Source: an uncultured archaeon
GTDB taxonomy: Archaea; Asgardarchaeota; Lokiarchaeia; Sigyniarchaeales; SOKP01
Assembly (NCBI GenBank): GCA_964493715.1
Contig: CAZBPC010000045.1
Location: 1-26,007 of the forward strand
DNA: 26,007 bases
Direction of reading: 5' to 3'
Shown here: positions 18,724 through 26,007 of the stretch, in pieces
Layout: each line of letters starts with the position of its first letter
How positions within the stretch are numbered: the stretch's first letter is position 1
Made by a program: the position numbers and the translations under genes
The notes under the pieces: generated by a model
The model's input: only the letters and a program-made list of their open reading frames with translations
Databases searched by the model: none
What the model was told of the DNA's origin: nothing

Positions 18724-19350
18724 ATGAAACCATGGTTATTTGATATTTTAGCGTGTCCGATCGATAAACATTTTCCTCTTAAATTGTACATTTTTTCATA
18801 TGAGACAACTGAGGATGAATTTAATGAGTTTTTAGATGTTTATGAAAATAGAAATTTGGATATAATCAACAAAGAGGAACTCATTGATTTGAGTAAGCAT
18901 GATGATAACATATTCATCAAGGATGGTATATCCATCAAAAACATTCCGTTTTCCGAATATTTAACTCTTGTTAAAGCAAGCATCAAGGAAATAGAAAACC
19001 TGATTGATAAAACGGAAATTAAGTCAATAATAAAATGTCATAAGCTCCTTACTACACAAATAATGGATAAAATAAGTAACTTAAGGAAAGGGAATTTAAG
19101 TTTGGATGAAATTAATGAAGTTTTACCCGAACTATATTTACTTAATAAATTTAAACTCGATACTGAAATCGATTCGGGATTATTGTTTTGTGAGAAATGT
19201 TTACGATGGTTTCCCATCGTAGAAAGCATACCACAAATGTTACCAGATGAATATAGAAATAAAGAAAATGATCTTCAATTCCTTAAAAACCATAAAAATT
19301 TATTTGATCCAGACTTTTTTAAACAAAAACTACATCCTTATAATCTTTAA
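18724..19350 (+). CDS. trm112: Trm112 methyltransferase activator with large central insertion
   Basis: N-terminal MKPWLFDILACPIDKHFPLKL and C-terminal EIDSGLLFCEKCLRWFPIVESIPQMLPDEYR halves of the Trm112 domain. Confidence 0.88.
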   Translation: MKPWLFDILACPIDKHFPLKLYIFSYETTEDEFNEFLDVYENRNLDIINKEELIDLSKHDDNIFIKDGISIKNIPFSEYLTLVKASIKEIENLIDKTEIKSIIKCHKLLTTQIMDKISNLRKGNLSLDEINEVLPELYLLNKFKLDTEIDSGLLFCEKCLRWFPIVESIPQMLPDEYRNKENDLQFLKNHKNLFDPDFFKQKLHPYNL

Positions 19351-19353
19351 AAA
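19346..19353 (+). promoter_or_regulatory. Putative TATA box for tRNA-Gln
   Basis: TTTAAAAA begins 24 nt upstream of tRNA position 1 and overlaps the trm112 stop codon. Confidence 0.4.
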
Positions 19354-19369
19354 ATAAGCAATATATTAT

Positions 19370-19471
19370 AGCCCGGTGGTGTAGTGGCCAAGCATCTGGG
19401 GCCTTGAACCCCGTGACCACGGTTCGAAAACAGATGAATAATTTCATCAGTCGAATGTCCGTGCCGGGCTA
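19370..19471 (+). tRNA. tRNA-Gln(UUG) with a non-canonical T-loop intron
   Basis: Acceptor AGCCCGG/CCGGGCT (A1-U72, typical of archaeal Gln), discriminator A, D-stem GTGT/GCAT, anticodon arm TGGGG-CCTTGAA-CCCCG (TTG at 19404-19406), T-stem CACGG/CCGTG. CCA is not encoded. Mature length 73 nt. Confidence 0.92.
19429..19457 (+). other. 29-nt tRNA intron at position 59/60 with bulge-helix-bulge motif
   Basis: Central 4-bp helix TTCG/CGAA, 3-nt bulges AAA and TGT, intron hairpin ACAGATGAA-TAAT-TTCATCAGT. Removal restores T-loop TTCGAAT. Confidence 0.88.
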
Positions 19472-19485
19472 TTTTAACTTTTTTT
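19472..19485 (+). terminator. Oligo-T tract downstream of tRNA, putative archaeal terminator
   Basis: TTTTAACTTTTTTT immediately after the discriminator base. Confidence 0.45.
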
Positions 19486-19592
19486 CTCGTCAAATTATTT
19501 CTCATAGATAATCAATAAAAATAAAATGTTATATTTTAGCAATTATTTTACTTTTTAGCCGTATTGACAGTCTACTTATTTAGGGAAATAAC

Positions 19593-20939
19593 ATGATGCT
19601 AACTGAACTAAATTGGGATTTTTCTGATATAATTTTACTTATTTTTATTTTTATAATAGGAATATCAATCACCTACTTTATAATTCCACCTGTAATAAAA
19701 TTGATGATAAAGAAGAATTACGTTGGATATGATATACATAAAAATAGCAAACCTCAAGTGGCTGAATCAGGAGGTATAAGTATCGTAATCGGTTACTCCA
19801 TTACTTCTATATTTTTAATTTTTGTTTTCCCTCAATTTTCAAATGATATATTTGTATTGCTTGTATCTGTAATTTTATCTGGAATCATTGGTTTTTTGGA
19901 TGATCGCATTAGACTTAAATCCAGATATAAGGTTTTATTAATTTTATTCACTGGAACGGTAATATTTATTGCAAATTTCTTTGGGTTCATAAATATTGAA
20001 TCTCCTACTATTCCATTTTTAGGACAATTAAGGTTAAACATAATTTATCCATTATTAGCACCATTAATTGTAGCTGTTTTTGGAAATACTGTTAATATGC
20101 TAGAAGGATATAACGGAGAAGGTTCAGGCACGTGCCTGATTGCATTAATCTCTTTATTTATTTGTGGATTGATATGGAATTCGGCAGAGGCTATCTTATT
20201 CACGACAACAGGTATTGCTGTTATAATACCATTCTTTCACTATAACAAATACCCTGCCAAAATTTTCCCCGGAGATGTAGGTACTTTAAGTATGGGAACA
20301 ATAATAGCGGGAGTTGCTTTATTTGGATCTTTAGAAGCAGCAGTATTTTGTGCTCTTTTAATTCATGTATTTAATAGTTTTTATGTACTTTACTCTGTTA
20401 AGGGATTTTTTGAAAGTTCAGAAATTCAAGAAGATAAGAATGATATTATTCTTCTAGAGGATGATAGAATAAAAGCTTCAAATAATGAAAAAGCAGCATT
20501 AACTTTACCACGATTAATTCTAGCTCGAGGACCGTTAAAGGAACGAGACTTAGTAAATAATTTTTTTGCTATTTCAATCATCTGTGGATTTTTTGCAATC
20601 TTTACAACTTTAATGATGTCAGTGACGATCAATAAAATAGATTTTATGCTTTTGGTCTACTTTGTACCTTGCTTAATCATATTATCTTCAATTCTTCTTA
20701 TTTTCTTTCCAAGAATTAGAGGAACAATCTCGATTATGATCATTGTAATGATTGGAGGATATCTGTTATTATTTTTTATTAAATTAGTGATAATGCCAAT
20801 TGATTTTGCTAATTTAGTCTTATTCGGAATTCTAATTCCAAGTAACATCATTATTTCTCTATTAATCGTGATTCCATGCTTAGGATTATGGTATTACATT
20901 AGTATCCGTTATTTCCAAAAGGAGTCAAAAAAAATGTAA
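19593..20939 (+). CDS. Polyprenyl-phosphate GlcNAc-1-phosphate transferase (AglH / DPAGT1 / MraY-like)
   Basis: GYDIHK...VAESGG, GFLDD, NTVNMLEGYNG, YNKYPAKIFPGDVG; multi-TM with extra C-terminal helices. Confidence 0.92.
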   Translation: MMLTELNWDFSDIILLIFIFIIGISITYFIIPPVIKLMIKKNYVGYDIHKNSKPQVAESGGISIVIGYSITSIFLIFVFPQFSNDIFVLLVSVILSGIIGFLDDRIRLKSRYKVLLILFTGTVIFIANFFGFINIESPTIPFLGQLRLNIIYPLLAPLIVAVFGNTVNMLEGYNGEGSGTCLIALISLFICGLIWNSAEAILFTTTGIAVIIPFFHYNKYPAKIFPGDVGTLSMGTIIAGVALFGSLEAAVFCALLIHVFNSFYVLYSVKGFFESSEIQEDKNDIILLEDDRIKASNNEKAALTLPRLILARGPLKERDLVNNFFAISIICGFFAIFTTLMMSVTINKIDFMLLVYFVPCLIILSSILLIFFPRIRGTISIMIIVMIGGYLLLFFIKLVIMPIDFANLVLFGILIPSNIIISLLIVIPCLGLWYYISIRYFQKESKKM

Positions 20940-21064
20940 GAGTAAATCCATAATTTTGTATTAGTATTAATATTTTTATCAAAATATAACAACATTACAA
21001 TAACAATTGAATGGAGATTTAAATTGAAAATAATAATTACAATTTTCAGAGAAAGTGAAGTTTT

Positions 21065-23602
21065 ATGAAAAAAGCAATGAGATACATATTGTTTTCTTTT
21101 TATGTTTTAATATCTATCAACATATTCATGTTATTCTTTCTTCTTTTTCTACCTGATTCATTACAAATCTTCATCGATTGGACTTTTTGGACAACAATAA
21201 TTCTATATTTATTGACTATCGAAGAATTTTATAGATTCAGTAAAGATGGAAAAAGGAGCGATCTTAGTGATATTCTTGCGATTTTTTTCTTCTTCTTTGT
21301 GATTTTATTTCTTTCGAAAGATTTGATGACTTCTATAATGGGGGCATTTTCAATATATTTATGGTTTGGAATATATGAACTTAAAGATTATCCTGTTTTG
21401 AATAAACTCTTAATTATTTCATTGGTAACTTATAATATTATATTTATCGCAGGGATCATATCTACATACCTTTCTAATCCTCTTTTTCTAAATGCCACAT
21501 TTGGTTTTTCTTTTTGGATTATTTTAGGATTAGGTTTTATACTATTTGGACGAAAATACATCATAGTTTGGAGATTTATGTCGCCCGAGTATTTAACCCT
21601 CTTTTTATATATTATAGCGTGGTTGGCAGTCGTTTTTGTTGATAAATACATTCTATTTAATTTTATCCGATATGGTCCTTTAGATTTAAGGAATTTCAAT
21701 CTTTTAGAGTTCTTTCTTAATATTTATTTTATTTTAATATTTGTGAACTGGTTAGTATATTTTATTTCGGGACCACTATTAGATAAAATGCTTGGAATTA
21801 AGAGAGTAAAAAATGGCAATCTAGTTGCTTTAGTAAATAGCGTAAAAGAAAGAATGAAGATAAAAGGAAAAGTAAAAGTAGGATTTGGTAAATATCCCAT
21901 CTTAAATGCAATGGCTTACGGTTCCATTTTTGATAAAAGAATTGCTATTATTGCTGAAGATTATGATGAGATTCCTGAAGATGAAATGAAAGGGATTGTC
22001 GCACATGAATTAGCACATTCTAAAGGAAAACACACCCTCATACTAACTCTTATAACATCGCTAGATCTTATGGTTCGAATGATACTAGGCATTCCAGCAA
22101 CTATATATGACTATACATTTGCAAACCCAAGTCTCCCCTTATTAGGGTTTTTATTATTGAATGTGGGAATATATGTCATACTCTACATTTTTGTGAGATA
22201 TTTGGAAGGGAAGGCTGATTTGAAATCCAAAAAGACAGGTTATACCCAAGAATTAGCTAAAGCACTCTATAATCTCGAAAGTTTTTACGCAACTGGAAGA
22301 GAAATTGGACTAAATACAATGCTATTGTGTGATGAAAAAATAAATAAAGATAATCAATTAATGAATTATATGGAAACTGCACAATACTTGCATAATTCTA
22401 TGATAAAGCCATCTCGAACATCACTCCTCGGAAATATATTAAATTCTCACCCCCCTAGTTATTTTCGATTGGCTGCTTTATTAGACGACAATTTAAAACC
22501 TATGAATGAGGCGTTCTTACCTTTTCTTTGCTTGAGGAAAAAAACAAGGAAAAAGTATGCTGAAAAATTTAGAAAAGCTGATAATGAGTTTAAAAAATTA
22601 GCTAACCAGAAATTCATGGAATTATTTGAGATAAATAGCGTGTCAACTTATTTGAATGGACTAAAACGTAAGGAGTTATTCAAATATGAAATAGGGAATG
22701 ATTACATGTTCAAAAATAAAATTTCTGATGAAATAGTTGTTGGAAAATTAGAAGATGTAGAAATTGTCGATGATCTTTGTGATCCTGATCGATATATTAT
22801 AATAGAACGAGAAAACACTCAAAAAAGATCATTAGAATCTTCCCAATTTGCTGAAAAAAGAATAATATATAATGGAACTTATTTTATGGATAATCTTACT
22901 TCCCTTAAATTACTTGAGCTAAAAATTAATGAGGATAAAAAAAATGGAATAATCAATTTTCTTGATAATGAAAATAATTTAATCTCCAAAGAAATTAATA
23001 AGCTTAAATTACCGTTATCAGTTGATATCATCAAGAAATTTAATAATTCGGATGTATTTTTTAAGGAAAGAGGAGTACTGAAAATAAATAAATGTATAAA
23101 TATCAATCCAGCAATGAGATTAGATGAATTTAAATTAGAATTTCAAGGTGATGAATCTTCTCGCAAAAAGGATTATATACTCACGGAATTAATAATTAAA
23201 CCAAAAAATGTATTTTTAGTTATAAGCAAGACTAGGAGCTTTAGAGCATCAGAATTGAATATATTAGAATGGCTTAAGCAAAATGAAGTAAGAACACTCA
23301 TATCTTTAAAAAAACCCGTAAATAACTCGGAAATAGGGTATTTGCTCGATATGAATTTAGGTGATGTAAATGACGAATCCAAACAGACAATGAAAGAAAA
23401 TGATAATGAAGATTTTGTATTAATTAAAAATATTTTCAAAAAAGAAGTTAAAATTCCCTACAAAACGATTGATTATTTATCTTTTGAATGTAGTACTGGA
23501 TCGATTTCAAAAAAATCAGAAACTAGCCTAATTAATAAATTTGGTTATAAAATTACGAAAAAATTAAAACCCGATAAAATATTTTACCTTAATAAAGTTT
23601 AA
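21065..23602 (+). CDS. M48 family membrane zinc metalloprotease (HtpX/Ste24-like) with N-terminal multi-TM and C-terminal soluble extensions
   Basis: LNAMAYG, DEMKGIVAHELAH (HExxH), EGKAD, LAKAL, SHPP..FRL. Confidence 0.88.
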   Translation: MKKAMRYILFSFYVLISINIFMLFFLLFLPDSLQIFIDWTFWTTIILYLLTIEEFYRFSKDGKRSDLSDILAIFFFFFVILFLSKDLMTSIMGAFSIYLWFGIYELKDYPVLNKLLIISLVTYNIIFIAGIISTYLSNPLFLNATFGFSFWIILGLGFILFGRKYIIVWRFMSPEYLTLFLYIIAWLAVVFVDKYILFNFIRYGPLDLRNFNLLEFFLNIYFILIFVNWLVYFISGPLLDKMLGIKRVKNGNLVALVNSVKERMKIKGKVKVGFGKYPILNAMAYGSIFDKRIAIIAEDYDEIPEDEMKGIVAHELAHSKGKHTLILTLITSLDLMVRMILGIPATIYDYTFANPSLPLLGFLLLNVGIYVILYIFVRYLEGKADLKSKKTGYTQELAKALYNLESFYATGREIGLNTMLLCDEKINKDNQLMNYMETAQYLHNSMIKPSRTSLLGNILNSHPPSYFRLAALLDDNLKPMNEAFLPFLCLRKKTRKKYAEKFRKADNEFKKLANQKFMELFEINSVSTYLNGLKRKELFKYEIGNDYMFKNKISDEIVVGKLEDVEIVDDLCDPDRYIIIERENTQKRSLESSQFAEKRIIYNGTYFMDNLTSLKLLELKINEDKKNGIINFLDNENNLISKEINKLKLPLSVDIIKKFNNSDVFFKERGVLKINKCININPAMRLDEFKLEFQGDESSRKKDYILTELIIKPKNVFLVISKTRSFRASELNILEWLKQNEVRTLISLKKPVNNSEIGYLLDMNLGDVNDESKQTMKENDNEDFVLIKNIFKKEVKIPYKTIDYLSFECSTGSISKKSETSLINKFGYKITKKLKPDKIFYLNKV

Positions 23603-23630
23603 TTTAAATGCTTTTTTTTTAGTGTTTAAT

Positions 23631-24596
23631 ATGGTTAGTAAAATCAGAAGTATTATAACTCTACTAAGGATAAGACAATATTATAAAAACCTCCTAATCT
23701 TTGTCGGCATCTTTTTTAGCAAGAGATTATTCGAGTTTTCTCTTTACATCCCTCTCATTTTTGGTTTTATTTTGCTATGTTGCACATCATCCTTTAATTA
23801 TATAATCAATGATATCATCGATATCGAAGATGATAAAAAACATGCTGAAAAATTGAAAAAAAAGCCCCTTGCGTCAGAGGCTTTATCAATTTATTTTGCT
23901 GTAGCCTTATTAATGGTTTTGACTGTTATTGTTGTCTTTTCACTCCTCTTTTTAATCCCAACTTTTTGGGATTGGGACTTTGCTATCATGATCTTATTCA
24001 TAGTTATCACTGGGCAGGTCTACAATCATTTTCTTAAAAATTATGCCTTTATTGATATTATCATTTTATCTACGGGATATTTATGGAGAGCATTAGCGGG
24101 TTGCATGATAATAAGAGAATTTATTTCTGCTTGGCTTTTCCTCGTTATATTTGAAATCGCAATGTTTTTAAGTATTGCTAAACGTAAAGGAGATCTCCAA
24201 TTTCTTGGTAAAGATAAAGCAATCGAACATAAAAAGGTATATGATCAATATTCCGTTAAATTATTAGATCAATTTCATGTGATGATTGCTGGATCTTTGT
24301 TCATGACGTATTCTTTATATCTAATATTGAAATTTAATTTATTTGAACAAGAAAGCATAAATTTATGGGAATATCTTGCAATATTTACCATACCAGTGCT
24401 ATTTTATATCATCATGCGATATACATATTTAACATCAGCGAAACCAGAAATTGCTCGTCGTCCCGAACGTACTTTTCTTGATAAAAGTATTTTAATTGCA
24501 GGATTTATCTTCTTGGGTACTCTTTTTATAACATTTTATTTCGAACAAATTATCCCTTTCCTTAAACAAATTATTACTTTCCTTATTAGTTTATGA
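23631..24596 (+). CDS. UbiA prenyltransferase family, decaprenyl-phosphate phosphoribosyltransferase-like
   Basis: LRIRQYYKN, YIINDIIDIEDDKKH...KPLAS, YNHFLK..AFID, RALAG, AKRKGD. ATG at 23631 preferred over GTG at 23622. Confidence 0.88.
   Translation: MVSKIRSIITLLRIRQYYKNLLIFVGIFFSKRLFEFSLYIPLIFGFILLCCTSSFNYIINDIIDIEDDKKHAEKLKKKPLASEALSIYFAVALLMVLTVIVVFSLLFLIPTFWDWDFAIMILFIVITGQVYNHFLKNYAFIDIIILSTGYLWRALAGCMIIREFISAWLFLVIFEIAMFLSIAKRKGDLQFLGKDKAIEHKKVYDQYSVKLLDQFHVMIAGSLFMTYSLYLILKFNLFEQESINLWEYLAIFTIPVLFYIIMRYTYLTSAKPEIARRPERTFLDKSILIAGFIFLGTLFITFYFEQIIPFLKQIITFLISL
24546..24584 (+). repeat. Imperfect tandem repeat (21-nt period) in the ubiA 3' end
   Basis: CAAATTATCCCTTTCCTT (24546-24563) and CAAATTATTACTTTCCTT (24567-24584), encoding QIIPFL and QIITFL. 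Confidence 0.7.
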
Positions 24597-24651
24597 AGTA
24601 AAAAGAAGATGCAGTTATAGGGTCAAATTATTTAATGCGTTATAAATAATC

Positions 24652-24708
24652 ATGCTAATTATCTTATTCATAGGATTTTATTTTGATCAAATAAGTAATT
24701 TCCTATGA
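24652..24708 (+). pseudogene. Diverged orphan copy of the ubiA 3' end (copy 2)
   Basis: Translates MLIILFIGFYFDQISNFL*; LFIGFYFDQISNFL matches LFITFYFEQIIPFL of the ubiA C-terminus at 10 of 14 residues, with many synonymous codon changes. Confidence 0.7.
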
Positions 24709-24712
24709 ATAA
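24664..24712. repeat. 12-bp perfect inverted repeat / hairpin between convergent genes
   Basis: TTATTCATAGGA (24664-24675) and TCCTATGAATAA (24701-24712), with an inner dyad TTATTT-TGATC-AAATAA. Confidence 0.75.
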
Positions 24713-24768
24713 TCCTGATATTGATACATGAGGCTTTTTTGTTTAAAAAGATATTAATGCTTCAATCG

Positions 24769-25647
24769 CTAAAACTTTAATAATTCCGATAAATTCATTT
24801 TATAAACTTGCTTATGAGATTCAATATCATAAAAATCTGACATTTTTTCTTTACCAATTATATTAGAATCCTCGAAAACTTGCAAGTTTATAGGCTCCTG
24901 TTCTTCATTCTTCAATAATTTAAGATTGTAAAAAAACACATCAATAAGATCATCATAAATTAAATAGGGAACAAATGCCTTCTTTATTATATTATCTTTA
25001 TCATTCTCATTCCAAACATCAAGATCAATTGATCGAGGATAATATTTTTCTTTCTTGATAGTATAAATTTTTTCAGTTTTTCTCTCTCCATTTATAACAA
25101 ATTGAACACTATTTCCTTCCAAAACTTGTCTGAAATGATTTAACATTTTCTCATTATATTTTACTAATTCATTTAAAGTATTTTTTTTATCTCGCAATAA
25201 ATCCAAACTTATAATATTTGAATAGGTTTCTAAAAAATTGGTCATGATGAATGTGAATTCCTGTTTTAAACTTGGAATGTCTATTTCAGTCGATATAGAA
25301 TTTTTATACCACTTAATTATTGGTTCCGGTCTTAATTCACGAAAAATAATTGACTTATATGTTTCTTTAGCATAATTAATTAGATTATTAATACCATGTA
25401 GATAAAATGCTTTGAAATTTATAAATAGTTCAAGGGATTCTGAAACTTCCTTTAATTTATCCAAATCCAGGGGAATTATGCATGTTGGTTCACCATTGGT
25501 AACTTTATCAATTCTCATTGGAACTGGTAGAATTGGTATTTTAAATAAAGTAGTACAAAAAATGTCAAAGCTAAACCCAATTAGAGCAATTTCTTTTTTG
25601 CTTGTACTTAATTTGGTTTTAACTTTTCCCTTATTTCTACTAAACAT
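24769..25647 (-). CDS. Hypothetical soluble protein
   Basis: 292-aa ORF with ATG start and no recognised motif; lies between two orphan ubiA 3'-end copies. Confidence 0.8.
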   Translation of the reverse strand: MFSRNKGKVKTKLSTSKKEIALIGFSFDIFCTTLFKIPILPVPMRIDKVTNGEPTCIIPLDLDKLKEVSESLELFINFKAFYLHGINNLINYAKETYKSIIFRELRPEPIIKWYKNSISTEIDIPSLKQEFTFIMTNFLETYSNIISLDLLRDKKNTLNELVKYNEKMLNHFRQVLEGNSVQFVINGERKTEKIYTIKKEKYYPRSIDLDVWNENDKDNIIKKAFVPYLIYDDLIDVFFYNLKLLKNEEQEPINLQVFEDSNIIGKEKMSDFYDIESHKQVYKMNLSELLKF

Positions 25648-25941
25648 AAAATTACTCAGGTAATAATGAATACTATATTTATAAATCTGTGCTTCCCTTA
25701 TTTACTTACCCATTAAATCTTTGAGAATAATTAGATTAGATTAAAAAGCATTTGTTTCAATTATTCAAAAATACTATTTAATATCATTAAGTAAATCCTC
25801 TAGTATTTATTCTATAATAAGTAAGGTTCAAGATTTACTAACACTTTTTAATTTTCTTTTGTAAGTTCTGAATTATTGATATAAAAAGGAAAAAGTTTAA
25901 GAATTTACAAATAAAAGATTAAAAAATTTTTTTAATTTTTA

Positions 25942-26007
25942 GGATTTCTCTTTTTGGGTACGATTTTTATGACCTTTTATTTCGAACAAATCATCTCTAT
26001 CTTCATT
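25942..26007 (+). pseudogene. Orphan copy of the ubiA 3' end (copy 3), runs off the window edge
   Basis: 25942-25995 matches 24501-24554 at 47 of 54 nt. Translates GFLFLGTIFMTFYFEQII versus GFIFLGTLFITFYFEQII. An in-frame TAA at 25933-25935 shows it is not part of a full gene. Confidence 0.88.

Noticed and set aside
19397-19413. Reading the tRNA as Ser(UGA) by shifting the loop to keep U33
   Set aside because: The shifted register breaks the anticodon stem, there is no long variable arm, and A1-U72 fits archaeal Gln.
24597-24768. Hairpin as a SECIS element for TGA readthrough of ubiA
   Set aside because: No clear SECIS core geometry, ubiA is complete at its TGA, and it is not a known selenoprotein family.
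120-25663. Short overlapping ORFs in the track (e.g. 120-374, 283-558, 1983-2258, 3907-4110, 7843-8079, 8427-8681, 9810-10061, 13423-13746, 18489-18791, 21430-21699, 25412-25663)
   Set aside because: Antisense or alternate-frame shadows of well-supported genes with no motifs of their own.
25939-26007. Open minus-strand frame at the window end (NEDRDDLFEIKGHKNRTQKEKS*) as the 3' end of an incoming gene
   Set aside because: It is the antisense of the ubiA 3'-end copy, whose substitutions preserve the plus-strand peptide. It cannot be fully excluded without more sequence.
1-26007. CRISPR array, transposase or integrase
   Set aside because: No regularly spaced repeats and no ORF with recombinase or transposase motifs were seen.

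Overview
AT-rich, gene-dense archaeal chromosome segment that reads as Asgard archaea, most likely Lokiarchaeia. This is inferred from a roadblock/LC7 protein, two Bet3/TRAPP-like V4R proteins, a ribophorin I-like gene, Sec61-beta, a type II MetAP and a BHB-intron tRNA. The left part holds the 3' part of a bacterial-type leuS, a longin-like protein, a bacterial-type tpiA, an orphan hdrC, thioredoxin, the V4R/TRAPP-like pair, a stand-alone 7TM protein, a membrane-anchored penicillin-acylase-family hydrolase, roadblock and map. The right part is a protein translocation / N-glycosylation neighbourhood: GT4, DUF354, LbH acetyltransferase, MazG, Sec61-beta, ribophorin I-like, long Trm112, tRNA-Gln, AglH/DPAGT1-like, extended M48 protease and UbiA. 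Two features are not in the ORF track. (1) The 3' end of the ubiA-family gene occurs two more times as diverged direct copies (24652-24708 and 25942-26007+) that bracket a hypothetical gene, suggesting repeated integration or replacement at this gene's 3' end. (2) A tRNA-Gln(UUG) has a 29-nt intron in the T-loop (position 59/60, canonical BHB) and C instead of the near-invariant U33. No integrase, transposase or CRISPR array was seen. All family calls come from motif recognition by eye, not database searches.
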